The position numbers and the translations under genes are program-made. The notes beneath the pieces were generated by a model. The model was not told the origin of the DNA. It was given only the letters and a program-made list of their open reading frames with translations, and ran no database searches. Below, in pieces: positions 46,290 through 61,245 of a stretch of DNA of 64,000 nucleotides. This DNA comes from the human T2T-CHM13v2.0 reference genome, Homo sapiens: NCBI RefSeq assembly GCF_009914755.1, contig NC_060931.1; one strand, written 5' to 3'. Position 1 is the first letter of the stretch. Every line of letters starts with the position of its first letter.

Positions 46290-46760
46290 CTGCGGCTGTC
46301 CTTTCTCAGCTTTCCTTCCCTGCTGATAAACCCCCAATTGAGTCAGTCAGTGGGCAGCTGTTCTTTGCCCTCAGAGGTGTAGGATGAATGATCATTGGCC
46401 TAATGCAAGATGGGAATCTCCTTTCCCTTTGTCACTGATTCATCTCAGTTGGTCACATGGCTCAATTCTGACAAACGAGATGTGAAGGACCTTACTGGAT
46501 GCAAAGGAGAAAACTGCCTCTGTCTCTTCTTTCCTACATAGAGATGTGATAACTGTCTTGTAACTATGAGGCAGCAATCTCTAGGACAAAAGCCAGCTGC
46601 TGAAGAGGCCTGGCTCCTGGATACCCTCAATGAGCAACTGATCCAGTCCTGGACTACCTGCCTTCAAATATTCTGTTTACTCAACAGCAAGAGTTCTCAT
46701 GATTTAAGCCACTATTATTCAAGATTTCTGTTACTCAAAGCCAGAGCATTTTGAAATAAT
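46290..46760 (+). mobile_element. Old MaLR (MLT1K/L-like) LTR fragment
   Basis: GGTCACATGGCTCAATTCTGAC...TTTAAGCCACTATTATTCAAGATTTCTGTTACT. Confidence 0.5.
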
Positions 46761-47365
46761 AATAGCCTATGATGTGGCAAGCCCATAATAGAATTCAGGC
46801 ATTTTAGAACTAGATGTGACCATTGCACTCAAACCCCTACATTTCACAGGTGAGAAACCCAAGTCCCAGAGAGATTACCTGGCCAGCCCAAACTCACACC
46901 TGAATACCACTCACACAGTTACAGCTCTTTAGGTCTCTCCGGCTTTAAGCCCTGTGGCATGATGATAGGGGAAGGGGAGTGGCTATTGACTCCAATTACC
47001 CATTTCATAATATTATTTTTTTCTGTTTATCAAAATAATATGTCTCATTGTAGAAAATTGTCATATATTAAAAAGCATGCATGCAAAGAAAATTTTAAAT
47101 TACCTATCTGTAACTATTAATACTATAAAATTTCGGTGTATTTCCTTCCAGTTTTTTACATTCACACATGTACCTTTAATTTATGCTAAGGAAGATTGCT
47201 GAACACTCTTTATGTTTCAGCTAATGAATATTTGCTATTAAAAATTTCATTCAACCCAAAGGTTTCTCTCTTCATGCTTTCACTAACCAACAGTAAAATG
47301 AAACAGGAAAGTGAAACAAGCCTTCTCTGAGATGAAGGGAGATAAAGGAGTTTTCAGAAATATTA

Positions 47366-47841
<476 letters not shown>

Positions 47842-48120
47842 TCAGAGTCAAACCAGCTCCCCAGAAGATATGCCCAGGCTCAGGGTGATTTAAAACAAAG
47901 GAATCCTGCCTCAAAATGAGTCATCCACATTTATGATCCTTTGATATTTAAGTGGATTGAATTCAAAAGTACTTACTGTGCATGCTGTTGAGTACAAGTC
48001 AGTCTGGCAAATATTTTTTCCCTTAAACTCCTAAGGTTGTACTTGTTTTTCTATATTGATTAAGTTTTCTGAGCAGCCAGTTGACTGACATTCTCATTTT
48101 ACATGTTTTTAGCCATGGAA

Positions 48121-48250
48121 TTTATATATATATGTTACATAATATATGTAACATTATATATACCTGTTATATAATATATATACATATATAACAGGTATAT
48201 ATAATGTTATATAATATATATAACATTAATATATAATATATATATATATA
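48121..48250. repeat. AT-rich palindromic tract
   Basis: Perfect 25-bp inverted repeat 48149-48173 / 48185-48209. Confidence 0.9.
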
Positions 48251-50224
48251 CCATTAAAAATACAATAATAATATCTACCCACTGCTGAATTTGTCTGGCT
48301 AAAAAAAATACAATAATAACAATACAAGGCCCTAAATTCACTTATTCTATTCATTTTTTATCCCTTCTATATGTAGCATTGGTTCTGTAATGGGTCAGAA
48401 GGCATCTAAATTATATATTTGGTAGAGAATTTGAGGATTTTTTGAGTAGTGGAAGTTCTGCCCTACTTGGTACTTATCTGATGTTTGATCAGAAACAAAC
48501 CAAGAGCCCAGGTTGGTGACAAGAAATTGGTTTGGTCATTACCTTGAAATGTATGGATCAGGAGAATCAAGAGTAGAAGCAGCTCTCTTACCTTGAGCCC
48601 ATGAAATCCCTTTAGCCTTAGTCAAGTACCAAGAGCAGCTGAGCAATATCTTAATATTGCTTTACAAGGCAGTTGCAGGGATCTGAAGATTACAGAGGGA
48701 TTGCTCTCCTTTACCTGAACACAGCCCCTTAGCAATGTAGCTTCACATTTCACTTGCTTAAATTTATTTCTCGGGAGCCTGGTATCTCAAGGTAGGATCC
48801 ACAAAACAGTATTGGCCTATAGCTCATGTTTATTCCCTTCCCATTTCCCCTTTTTCTTTCCTACAGAGATTCCTGAGGTAGTAAAGAAAGTGGTCCTGAC
48901 TCTAAAATATGCTGTCTGGGTAAAAACAAAACAGGGAGGGAAGAGTCAGCACTCTAGTCAGAATAGCCCTGGTAAGACGGCAGGCATGATTCCTTTCCTG
49001 TTAATATTCCTACCCCAGCCCTTAGCAACACACACACACACACACAAAGACAGAGAGATGGCATGCCCAAAAAATTGCATGCCCACAGTAATTATTTCTC
49101 TACTTTACTTTCATTTGCCATCAGAGCCATTTACCAACAGGCAAGTATAACAAAGAGGTCTGGGTTAAAATCAGTAGCCCCAGAAAGAATATGTTTCTCA
49201 TTACCTCCATGTGAGTGTGAATGTGTGTGAATGTGAGTGTGAGCGTGTGTGGAGGCAGCAAAAAGTTTAGGTAAACCACCTTTGTCCTTTTCAGAAATTA
49301 AGAACACCCATACTATGGGCTTCAAGAGGACAGGAAGCCAATGTTTAATAAAACCTGCTATTTATCAGCACTGCCCAGACATGTTACATACATTATCTCA
49401 TTTAATCTTCTAACAATCATAGGAAATAGATTTTGGGGTTTGGGTTTTTTTTTCGAACTCCTTTCCTCAAATGATTGTTCTGTCTTGGCCTCCCAAAATG
49501 CTGGGATTACAGGTGTAAGCCACCACACCTAGCCCTTCATGCATGGAGTCACAGGGAAAAAACCATGGCTTTGAATCATTTGGTCTTGTAGAACCTTGGT
49601 TCTATCATTTACTAACAATTTTAGCTTTTGCAAGATCTCCATATGCAAAATGAGGATAATTATATCTGCCTTGTAGCATTGTTGAGAGGATTCAAGATAT
49701 TGTCTGCAAAACATCTAAGTCATAACCAGTCACACAACACCTGTTTAATATGTATAGATTTAATTGTTATTCACCAGACCTTTTTTGAGCACCAAACTAA
49801 TAATAGGTAAATAACAATTTATGTCTATAATTGAATATCAGGTTACCTAATCACAGACATAAATCAGATTGCACCTGCACTTTGCAGAAGCTTACAATCT
49901 GGCTGGAGAGAAAAATCAATATAAAATAAAATACAAGCATGTGAATTAGCATAATAAAGATATTAACAGAATACATAAGACTCTGAGGCAGAAATGTTTA
50001 ATTCTACCTTAAGGAATTGGGAAAGTTTCATATAGTAGAGGAGATGTTTGATCCAAACAAAGAAGTAGGAATCATAGCTAATCTGATGGAAAAGAAAAGA
50101 AACAAAAGTTACAGAAGAAGAAAGAGCATGAGGCTTAAAATGGTGTTAAATATTCTAGAGACGGTCAGCAGCCCGTGAGCCCAACAGGCCGGAAACAAGG
50201 TGACACTAGGGCCACTGTCTGGAG

Positions 50225-50528
50225 CAGCATGGTCCAATGCAAGTAGACAGCGAGCCACATTTGTAATTTTAAATTCTCTACTAGCCACATTAAGAAATAA
50301 AAAAACAGGTAAATTATAATTAATAAATTTTACTTAATAAATACAAAATATTATCATTTTGACATGTAATCAACACTTTTTAAAGTATTAATTATTTTTT
50401 TACCATCTTTTAATGCTAAGTCTTTGAAATCTGATGTGTATCTTATACTTACAGCACATCTCAATTTGGACCAGCCACATTTCAAATGCCCAGTAGACAC
50501 ATGTGGCTACCTTATTGGGCACTGCAGT
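50225..50528. mobile_element. MER33-like hAT-Charlie element
   Basis: GAGCCACATTTGTAATTTTAAATT...CTTACAGCACATCTCAATTTGGACCAGCCACATTTCAA. Confidence 0.8.
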
Positions 50529-50659
50529 TTAGAGTGATTAATGAGGTTGAAGGCTCAGGTCAGTACCATGAACAGTACCAACATTTAAGTCAGGTGGGAG
50601 TGGAAGAATACAAAGATGTCTTGTGGGGAGTTGGGGAAAAAGAGAATTTCAAAAAGAGA

Positions 50660-51470
50660 CTCATCATTTCCAAAGATAAATTGTCATCTTTCACTCCCCA
50701 ATATAGTCATCTTCCAGCCCTTCCCACCTCAGGGAAGGGCACCAGAATCCCTCCTGTGTCAAATGGGAACCTAGGGGTCATTCATGACACCTCCCACTCC
50801 CTCTGCCACCATATGCAACGCATCCCAACACCTATCAGTATGCCTCCTAAATATCTCTCAAATCCATCCACTTCAGTCCTCTACCACGCGTCTCCAGTCT
50901 ACAGCAAACTGATAATACCTCTTGTTCGGAGTACAACAAAGCCCTTAGTACTCTACTTGCACCCACTCTAGCATGCTCCAATTTATTCCCTCCATTGCTG
51001 CAGAGCAATTTTTTAATTTTAATTTTAATCTGAGTAAAACCTTCTGAGGCCTTTCCCAAAGACAGAGCTCCTTACAAGGCCCTGCCTCTCCAATCCATCT
51101 GTCATCAGTCACCTCTTTACTCCCCACCCCAGCAACATTGGCTTTTGTTGAATTCCTTGTACTTGCCTTGCTCCTCCTGCCACAGGATCTTTGCACAGTC
51201 TATTCTGTCTGTCTGGGATGCTCTTACCTTTCTCTTTCATAGTGATTCTTACCCTTCAGATCTTATTTTAAGCAGCATGGCTTCAAGAAGGGTTTTTCTG
51301 ATAAGATGAAATCACTATTTTAGTATTGATAGCACTGTTTTCCTTTTTTTTCTGAGCATTCATTACAAGTTGCAACTTTGCATTTAATGTTCTCCATCTC
51401 CTCCCCACTAGACTGTGGGGATGATGCATATGATTTTGTTCAGCTTTGCATTCTCAGTGTTTAGCTCATT
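50660..51470 (+). mobile_element. L2 fragment
   Basis: AACCTAGGGGTCATTCATGACACCTCCCACTCCCTC...CCCCACTAGACTGTG. Confidence 0.7.
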
Positions 51471-52204
51471 ACTATAATTCACTCAATCATCCATGCACCA
51501 GACATTTACTGAGCATTGACTAGGGAGCAGGGGCTCTGCTAGCTGTGGGAGGTGAACAAAACTGGAAAGCTGTTCTGGGCTGAGGAGCTGTGGGTCTAGA
51601 AATGCTCCTCTGCAGTTCCCTGTGGTTCACTTAGGTTTTCAACTAGGAGCAACTGTATATAAATTACATAATGATATCAAGTACCTATTACACAATTTCT
51701 CCTACCAATTCACCCAGACACAATTAATCTTTTTTTTTAGCTGAAAGAGTAATGAAACCACAATGAAGAGGAAAATTCAGCTGAGAAAACCGACTAACAC
51801 TCCGTATCCCTGGCACTGATTCTAACCAAAAGCAAATCCTTCATTTCTCTAAGACAATACATAACAAATGGTTATCCAAGACTGAATTATTTGTGGACAG
51901 AACTTTACACTTTTTTTGATAATACAATTATGAACAATTTTATCATATTTTCTTAACATTACAAAGATGTTTTAGCAACTTTTAAAAATCATTTCCCAGA
52001 TATGCATGGGACCAACTTTAATATTTTAAGTTTTATTGCAAATATTCTAATACTTTTCAAATGGAAGAAAATGATGGATGAACATTTTGTAGGTGCAGAA
52101 TGGTTCAAGTATGGCCAGGATACATTCTCAGCTGAAACTCAGTGAAGTGATGACTGTATACAGAGACTTGGGAGAAAGGTCAAGAAAGCCTCCTTTTGGA
52201 AAGA

Positions 52205-52315
52205 GAGGAAGGAAGGAAAGGAGGGAGGGAGGGAGGGAAGAAGGAAGAAAGGAAGGAAGAAAGGAAGGAAGAAAGGAAGGAAGGAAGGAAGGAAGGAAGG
52301 AAGGAAGGAAAGAAG
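52205..52315. repeat. (GGAA)n/(GGGA)n microsatellite
   Basis: About 18 GGAA units, 9 consecutive at 52275-52310. Confidence 0.95.
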
Positions 52316-52485
52316 GATCAATATTTATCAAGTACTTGTTAAATCAAGCTCCATTTTTAGCACCAAGTTTCTCATTTCAGAGGAAGTGTTGTGTTATAAA
52401 AGGCTTGTTTTTAGAAAATTTACCAGAATAAACTTGGTCTACATTAGTATAAAGTTGTCAAAATGCTTAACTACTTAATTAAAAT

Positions 52486-52738
52486 TACCAACACATATGG
52501 CACTTACTATGCAAGAAGTGCTGCTCTATGTGACTGACGTGTATTAACTCATTTAATCCTCACCACAGCTCTAAGAAGTAGTTACTGTTATTAACTTACT
52601 GCATGGATGAAAAGATTGAGTCATAGGGAGGTAAAGTAACTTGCCCAAATCATAGAGCCAATAAAATATAGGACTGGGTTTGAAACCCAGCAGTTTGAGG
52701 TTAAACCCAAATCTTAATCACTATGCCAAACTGCCTCT
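52486..52738 (-). mobile_element. MIR
   Basis: ATTAACTCATTTAATCCTCACCACAGC...GGTAAAGTAACTTGCCCAA core. Confidence 0.8.
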
Positions 52739-53631
52739 TGAAACTTTTTAATTCTTCTTTTAAAGTATTTCAAAAATTGTATGACTGCAGACTAAATTCA
52801 TATCTTTATTACAGGATGAAAAATACAAAAGTCATATAATTACAATCTACTCACAACTGAAAATCCATCATATGAAGACAAAGCATCTCTAAAATAAAAT
52901 ATAAGCCAAGGGGAAATATAATTTATCCAAGCTGATGCACATGCTATTTCAGGTACATAAAGTCTACTTGGTTGTCACTTAATGTTAAAAGTAATGTAAA
53001 TTATAACTGGCAATACTGTGATCACACAAGGTAAATCTACATATAAACTGGTAAGTGAACTGTACTGAGTTTGGAACCACTATTATGTCAAATCTCCAAC
53101 TAAAATCTTTTTTGAATACCAGCTATTTAGGTAAGAGAGAAAGTCCAGTCCATATACTCTACGTACTTGTGCTTTCTAAAGCAGAAAAAGACTCCATAAT
53201 AACAATGAATTGGTGAAGAATATAATAAAAATTATATTGAACCACATTTTAGTAACTCTTAACTCACCTTCTAGAATGCTATTAGGTTTAACCACATAAA
53301 ATTGACAATATTTGATCATGTTTGGCCTACAAACATGGCAATTCATGTGTTTCAACTAATAGGAAAGTCATACTTCATTATATATAACAAAATCTGAGAA
53401 AATGCAAGTCATTTTCTCTGAAAGGAAGGACCAGTCAGCAGCCCATTAGGAGAGCTTTTGAGAATCGCAGCTCTAGAAGACACTGTTTAGAATCCTCCAG
53501 CACAAAATGAGTTGCTGGTAAAAATTCAGGGTGGACATGCTCCATTAACCTAAAAACAAGGCCACTGATTTATGAGAGCAGATGGGTGTATATGACAGCG
53601 TGATAATGTTTCTTCAAAACTTACCCTTGGA

Positions 53632-53829
53632 GGCTGGGAGGAGGGAAACATGGGGAGTTATTGGTTAATGGGTACAGAGTTTATGTTGAGACAATGAAAA
53701 ACTTTTGGGTATAGATACTGGTGATGGTTATACAACACTGTGAATGTATTTAATACCACTGAATTACATACTTATAGATGGTTCAAATAATAAATATTAT
53801 GTTATTATATATTTTACCACAATAAAAAC
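53632..53829 (+). mobile_element. L1MB-type 3' end fragment
   Basis: TTAATGGGTACAGAGTTT...GGTGATGGTTATACAACACTGTG...ATATTTTACCACAATAAAAA; flanked by ACCCTTGGA duplication. Confidence 0.8.
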
Positions 53830-54077
53830 ACCCTTGGAATACAATTAATTTTCTCTGTTGCAAACTTGCTATTGCAACTTACTTGAAATAAATAAGGACA
53901 TTGATGTAATTACAAAGAAAACATTCTGACATCCCTCTGAAGACACTGCAGTGGCTGATTCTGTTCCATTTTAGTGCCCCCTTTGACTATGCATGCAGTT
54001 TAAACTCAGCCACTTTGTGGGAAATGTTGGCAGCATTTTCAGTTCCTTGGTCCATCAGAGCTTTTACCTGACAATCT

Positions 54078-54105
54078 ACACACACACGCACACACACACA
54101 CACAC
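54078..54105. repeat. (CA)n microsatellite
   Basis: Direct inspection. Confidence 0.9.
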
Positions 54106-57077
54106 AGAGTATATATACCCCATCTGCTGAGAACCACATGCATCAGCTATTTGGGAATAGAAATCATCTACCTTGAAGCTATTGGCTGACATCCCACATG
54201 TTCTGGCAGCCACTTCAAGTTGTCACTATCAGTTGTCTCATGTCAAACGAGTTAATAAGCTCATTTAGAGTCTTGGTGGGCAGATGTGCATGTAGGTCAA
54301 AGCCTTTTCTACAGCAAGAATTGCTGGATTACTAATGATTCTTTCCCTTTAATTAGGCCCAGAACAGAAATAGCATTCAGACTTTGACGTCTTTGAAGGA
54401 AAAACGTTCACATCGTTTGGCGGCTTGGCTATGAGTCTTCATTTAACAGTTATTTATAATTAAAATTGTAAAGGGATTCTTCCTATACACTGAGCAGTCA
54501 CAACCCTTGTTCAAAATTGTTGTCCTGCCAGAAGAACCAGAAAGCAAATTACTGTTTTTGGACAACTAGAAAAGCTGACATGTTCAAGTACCCTACACTT
54601 AAAATAGTTTATATGAAGCCAAAAATACAGTCATTCTGTTAAGAGAATTGTGAACTTAAAACAGTTTTTTGTTTGATTAATTATTCTTTACCAAGAAATG
54701 TAGGAATCTACATGTTTTCACTTGATTTACTTCACTTCAAGTGATAAATTATAAGGAATTATATCCTGTTACAAATCATGACTTTTTAAGTGGTTGAAAG
54801 CAACATCATGATGTTAGGAAATTGTTAGGTTTTTGACTTATATAAGAACTGAAATATATCTACACAAGATGCTTGTTTGAGGAGAAAGTTTAAAATTCTT
54901 TATAATTGTTCATATTTGTGATGTTGAACTACTTCCAACCCATAACTGGAAACATTAGTTATGTTTAGTAGGTTGACCTAGCTACTAAGCTAATTTTGAG
55001 CCAAACCAAGTACTTAAATAATGACCAAAACAATAATGTATTTTTAAAACTACTAAATCTTCATTAGTGATTTCTATTCTAACGAAAATACTGGCATAGA
55101 AAATGTAAGACTCTAAGTTGTACACAAGAAAGTGTAAAAAATACAAATTAAACCCCAAGTCTTCATGCCACTTTTAGAAGAAAGTAGAAGTAACACATTG
55201 GATTGTTTAATGCACAGGAAGCTTTTGATGGGGTATGTCAACACTGTCCTGTTTGTCTTTATTACCCAACTATGTTAGAAGAATGGTCAATGTTCCCGAC
55301 TGTTACATCCTTCTCTCTGGTTTGCTCCACAACTCATTGCCATCTCCTTGACCCTTCTACTGAAATTATTCTTTTGAATCTTCCCAATGACCTCAATATT
55401 GCCAAATTAAGTTACCACATAGGCAACTGCCCACATAACCTGTCTTCAGTATGATACTGTTGACCACTCATGCCATTTAAAACCTTTTATTCACTCATTC
55501 ATTCAAGAAATACTTGTTGCTTCACGTAACTGTGTGTGAATTAGTGTGCAAAGCAGAATTTTTGAATCTCCCAGATAGTGGTGTTCCTGACCCATTGTTC
55601 CCAAATCTTCTGATTTAGACTTTTCAAAAATAGTGATAGACCTGCTCATATCTGTCCAGTTCTTCTGCCAATGGTTCCTATCTGAAAGAAGACTAGGAAT
55701 GATTAACGGTATAATACATGGAAGCTCAAAGGAGAGAAACTTGATTAGCACACTTCCAGCTCCCAGAAATATCCACACATGCATTCCTAATATCATATCT
55801 GAAAGGAAGACAGCCAGCCCTCTTACCAAAACCCTTTTTCATAGAACACTTTGAAGAAAACAGGATGTTGTGTAGGGACGTTTAGCATGCTTACAGTTTT
55901 AAGTTCAGGGTCTGTACATCTAGCTCTTGTTTACTGAATCTCCTCATTAGTATATCATTAACCTGAAAAATATATCCTTTGCTTGGGAACCTCAGAAACT
56001 GGGATGGAAGCTTGAAAAAGTAGGGTTCGGAAAAGTAGGGTATCCAAAAACTGTGGTGTGGTGCAAGCTTCAGGGTGAACTAAATATATCATGTACTACC
56101 CTCATCGCCCTCACTGCAACGAACTCCTCTTCAAACATGGTTGTAGTTCATTCACTAACAGTAGGTCTTTTGTCCATTTGGGATGAATGTTTGTGTCATT
56201 TACCCTGACCATATCCATTTATTAAACTGGGCCAGTCTAGTGCTATTTCTCTATGGATTTTCTTAATATCTCAGAAGTTTAAATTGAACATAAAGTAAGA
56301 CCAAGTCTCATAGGTAAAAGAATGCTAAGTTTCTTACACTTGACTGTACAGCAAGAAGAAAACACTTAGGACAAATATCCTGCAGGAATATTATGAACGT
56401 CCTAGAGTAGAACAATGGAAGGAGTTAGGAGAAGGGAGGCAATTCATTTTTTAAGATAAATATACAATACTGCAGTATTTTTTAACTGTTTGAGGATTAG
56501 CATATGGTACTTTCCCTTGGGAAAAAACATGAGGGATATCTCCTTGTGCCCTTTAGGCCTTGAAGCTCTAATGCTGGGGTACTTCGAAATGTCACCAGCT
56601 GCTTCCTGCACACGCCACTGTGCAGTCCCTCCTCCCAAGGCACAAAGAGAGTCTTGGAAAGAGTGGATTTGCATGAGATTTGAGAAGGAAATGCCCTTCA
56701 GAAATAACCTCAGAAAGACATCAAGAAAATGGCAAAAATTACCTAATATAGGCTGGGCAAACCCAGTGTTCCACTGTGTTGATTTATTCAAAATTAGTTT
56801 TGGTAACTTGTCCTCTGTGACTTGAAAGGCCTACCAATCATAAGCCATTCTTCCTAGTAATTAAAGGCCTTTTTCAAGGGTCACATGTGATTGCAACCTG
56901 AGCCACCATGACAGCCCCATGGAAGGCAGCAGCGTTGGGTTTTTAGGGGTTCAGTCTTTCCTCAGAGCATAGCGCTGTCTCCTGAGTCACAATTTCAGTT
57001 TGGTCTCAGGGATAAGGCTTCTTGGGCACTTGTGTGATTACAATTCTAACTGATTTCCGAGACTATTGAGACGTTCC

Positions 57078-57376
57078 GTTTTTTTTCTTTTGAGACAGAG
57101 TCTCGCTCTGTCACCCCAGCTGGAGTGCAGTGGTGCAATCTTGGCTCACAGCAACCTCTGCCTCCCGGGTTCAGGCAACGCTCTGCCTCAGCCTCCAGAG
57201 TAGCTGGGATCACAGGCGCCCGCCACCACGCCCGGCTAATTTTTGTGCTGTTAGTAGAGACGGGGTTTCACCATCTTGGCCAGGCTGGTCTTGAGTCTTG
57301 AACTCCTGACCTCGTGATCCACCTACCTCGGCCTCCCAAAGTGCTGGGATTACAGGCGTGAGCCACTGCGCCTGGC
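57078..57376 (-). mobile_element. AluSg-like
   Basis: CACCATCTTGGCCAGG and GACCTCGTGATCC; TSD GAGA(C/T)GTTC. Confidence 0.9.
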
Positions 57377-57819
57377 TGAGATGTTCTTATGAATGCCACA
57401 AGATGACCTTCCTGTGTGGTAGAGGATGAGGTGGACTCTGAGCTAAGGCTTCTTTCTGAGAAACATCTATGTTTTGTTGCTAAGGCAACAAAGTCATTCA
57501 GGGCAGACTAGGAGCTACTTTACATGTGGAAAGTATTATTGACAGAAATAATTTGTGAAAATGGGCCAGGAGCACATTTTTTCCTGACTTAACACATGCA
57601 TTTTTTTCCTTTTGTTCTTTGGCCACCTTTTCTGAAAACCCTTTAATGAAGAAAAGCCAATCCCTAAAGCAACAGAAAGTGAGCGTAATTCAAGAGAAAG
57701 ACCATTTGTAAATTCATAGACATAGGCAGGCCCTATCTAGAACCTCTCGTGGAATCTTTGCAAATGTTGCAAGTTTAAAGGTTTCTATTTTAAGGTCTTA
57801 TATGAAATATAGTATTTGA

Positions 57820-58158
<339 letters not shown>

Positions 58159-58351
58159 TATTCCCTTCCTTTTTCCTGCACTTTCAGATGAAGATTAAAA
58201 CCCAGGAGAAATGCACCTTTCAACAAACTGTTGTCCCTAGCCAGAGTCCACCAGAAGGGAAGACAGATAGAACTTCCACACTGTCAAAAAGAAATGCATT
58301 TATTTCAGGCCAAATATTCAGGAAATTCAGCAATTTTTCCTAAAGGGATAA

Positions 58352-58575
58352 ATATAATATGGTAGCTAAGAGCAGACTTGTGGGTTTCAATACTCAGTCT
58401 GTCCCTTACTAGCTCTGTAGACTTGGACCCATTGCTTAAACTCTTTGTGCCTTAGTAGACTAATCTGTACAATGGAAATAAGAATAGATCATGTCTCAAA
58501 AGGTGGTATTAGTATTAAATGAGCACTTAAAACTTTACTTATACATAATAAATATACAATAAATAAATGTTAGGT
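58352..58575 (+). mobile_element. MIR
   Basis: GGTAGCTAAGAGCAGAC...CTTACTAGCTCTGTAGACTTGG...ATCTGTACAATGGAAATAAG. Confidence 0.65.
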
Positions 58576-59391
58576 ACTGTACAAGTTTCAAAATAAATAA
58601 TCTTCCTTGTGCCCATTAGAGAATACAGAATTACTGAATTTTAGAGGGTTTCTTTGCACAAATTGCAAAAGCAGCTTCTTTTAAAATTGTCTAATAAAAT
58701 GATAATGGATAAAAATAAATGTCACTATAAAATATTATTTCCAGATTGAGGAACAAAAATAGCTTATTATGTCTTCAAAGTATAGTACATTCTGGGAGGC
58801 AAGATGAAATCATTCCCTGAAAACTGACTTTTATGACAGTACACTAATAAGTGTATAAAATGAAAAAAATAGCTAATGACCAATATGACATGAATCTCCA
58901 GCTAACAGATCCAAAGAGCAGTAGAAATTATATAGAAGTTAGTAATAGTGTCAAAGTAAGAGTACAGACCTTAAACCAGAACTATGACTAGAAAGAAAAG
59001 GGGGAACTCATGCCCACTTCATAGACTCCGAGCGATCCCCAACATTATCTAGAAATTGACAGCTTTTTGATTGGCAATGAACTTTGTTCACTTGGCAGTG
59101 AACTTTGTGCTTAAAACTTAAGTGGCAATTTCATGTCATGTATATTTTACAAAAGAGAGGCCCTTGGGAAATTGATGAAGTCCTCAAATGCTTTTGGAAA
59201 AATGACTCCTTTTATGATTATGCTGTAAAAGTCAACCACAAAGTGCTATTATGTCAGAAAAATTATAACCAACCCCCCCAAAACATACTTGATGCATTAT
59301 TAAAACTTAATGCACTGCTGAAATTAAAGGCCAAATTTTATTGAAATATGTTTTTAACCCTAAGTGATAACACTATTAGACATAAAGAGTT

Positions 59392-59720
59392 GAGCCAGGT
59401 ATGGTGGCTCACACTTGTAGTCTCAACTCTTTGGGAGGCCAAGGCAGGAGGATTCCTTGAGGCCAGGCATTCCAGACTCAACTGGGCAACAAAGCGAGAG
59501 CCCATCTCTACAAAAAAAAAAATTATAATTTAGCCAGGCACAGTGGTATGTGCCTCTAGTCCTAGCTATTTTGGAGGCTGAGGCAGGAGAATCACTTGAG
59601 CCCAGGAATTCAAGTTGCAGTTGGTTATGATCATGCCACTGTACTCCAGCTGGGGGAACAGAGCAACATCCTATCTCTAAAAAAGAGAGAGAGAAGAAGA
59701 AGAAGAAAAGGAGGAGGAGG
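59392..59720 (+). mobile_element. AluJ-like with GA-rich tail
   Basis: Diverged dimer, GAGCCCAGGAATTCAAGTTGCAG. Confidence 0.85.
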
Positions 59721-61191
59721 AACACCTTTTTATGGACCATTCCCTACCATACCACCACAACTGCCAGCCACGACCTGCATCACCCAAAGCTGCAGGCACT
59801 ATTTCCAGGCCAGCACCACCTCAGTGCCCTCCACAGATGATGGGACCTCACTGGGACTCTGCCTCAGGCAAGCCATTTGATCTCCAGGCTTTGTTTCTCA
59901 TTTCCAAAATGAAAATGCTAAGCCAGTATGATCTCTAACATCCCTAGTGGCTCAAACATTCTATAATTCCATCATACTGCAAACCCCAGCTCTGATCCCT
60001 GACTGTAAGCCTCTTTCTCACAAACATGAAAATTGTCATCTTAGGTAATCAAAGAATTCTAAAAATTGTGTGGTCTGTCAAAATATATATTTTTTTCTTA
60101 CTGTAGGATTGTACCTGTAGCCAATGCAATTTTATCAAAACTTCTGCTCATCAGTATTCAACAAGGCCATTTCTTTCCCCAGAGAGAATTAATCATAGGC
60201 AAGAAGTGAAAAAGACAGTTTCCCCAGTTGAAGCCTAAGCACATGCCTGCTGAGAAGCCCATTCTATTTTAATTTGCCAATTCAAAGTGGCCTGGTAAAT
60301 CACACACTGTCATTATCTCATTAAAAATATTATACTGTCACTCTCTTTCCTCTCTCTCAAGTAGCCCAACTGCTCCCTACAACTTCAGTTTAATATCACC
60401 CTTAAAAAGCTGGCTTTCTTTAGGGTCAGTTGAGGATGGCATCTTCTGCTTTTATTACTGCCATAAATTCCATACCACTCAAATCACTAAGTCGACACCA
60501 TTTACTGGATATTTACTATATCCGTGAAATTTACTAAGCTTTGAGAAGAGTTAAAAAGGAACTAAACAGCTTGTTTTAGCAAATTAATGGTCACTCTCAT
60601 TGGAAAAGAGAGCCTTATAACCAGGCCTTTAAAGATCCCTCCCATCTGCATCTTTTTGTTCTGCGTGGCTTGTATTCAACCCCTCCCTATTTGTCTTGGC
60701 TGGTTATCTGTGGACTGATACTACAAGCATGGTGCTGATGGTTGAGATTTCCCTGTAATTAAAAAAAGCTTGATTTCTGTTGGTATAACAACTGTAAATT
60801 TCCTTCCCCTATAAAGTGTATATTGAGGTGGCATTACATTTGAGAAATAGAGTGGTTTGAATTGTGTCACTTGTTATTGCTTTTTGGTTTCTAATGAGCC
60901 ATAAAATAAATAAAAGTCAGGAGTAAGAAGGAAACACAGCAAAGATTCTAGATAATGGCTTATAGTTAACAATATCCCTCTTTGAATAACATAATAATAA
61001 ATGATAAAGGTATGCTGCTAACTTCCTGAATGCATTAGGACTTAATTCTCTGTATACATCTGCAGGTTATTATGCATTTCCAAAGGTACTTCCTCAAAGA
61101 ATCCATTGACTTTTACCTAATAAAACATACATTACTATAGCGCACTAGGGGAAAGGCACTCTGCCTGTCTTTAATCAAAGGGTAAGATTAC

Positions 61192-61245
61192 CTTATTGCC
61201 TTGAAACCCCTTTGGGCCTGGGTCTCCTGGAGGTCCAGTAATTCC
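61192..61245 (-). CDS. COL28A1: Collagen XXVIII exon, 54 bp, [18 protein letters not shown]
   Basis: gagcag|GGA...AAG|gtaatc; classical 54-bp collagen exon, phase 0. Confidence 0.94.

Noticed and set aside
50486-50971. 161-aa ORF, the longest non-L1 ORF
   Set aside because: Spans the MER33 end and an L2 remnant; no recognisable domain or splice structure
52093-52431. 112-aa ORF with KEGR repeats
   Set aside because: Translation of the GGAA microsatellite
56444-56825. Overlapping 111/115-aa ORFs on both strands in unique-looking DNA
   Set aside because: No recognisable homology, and no poly(A)/TSD of a retrocopy; enhancer function cannot be judged from sequence alone
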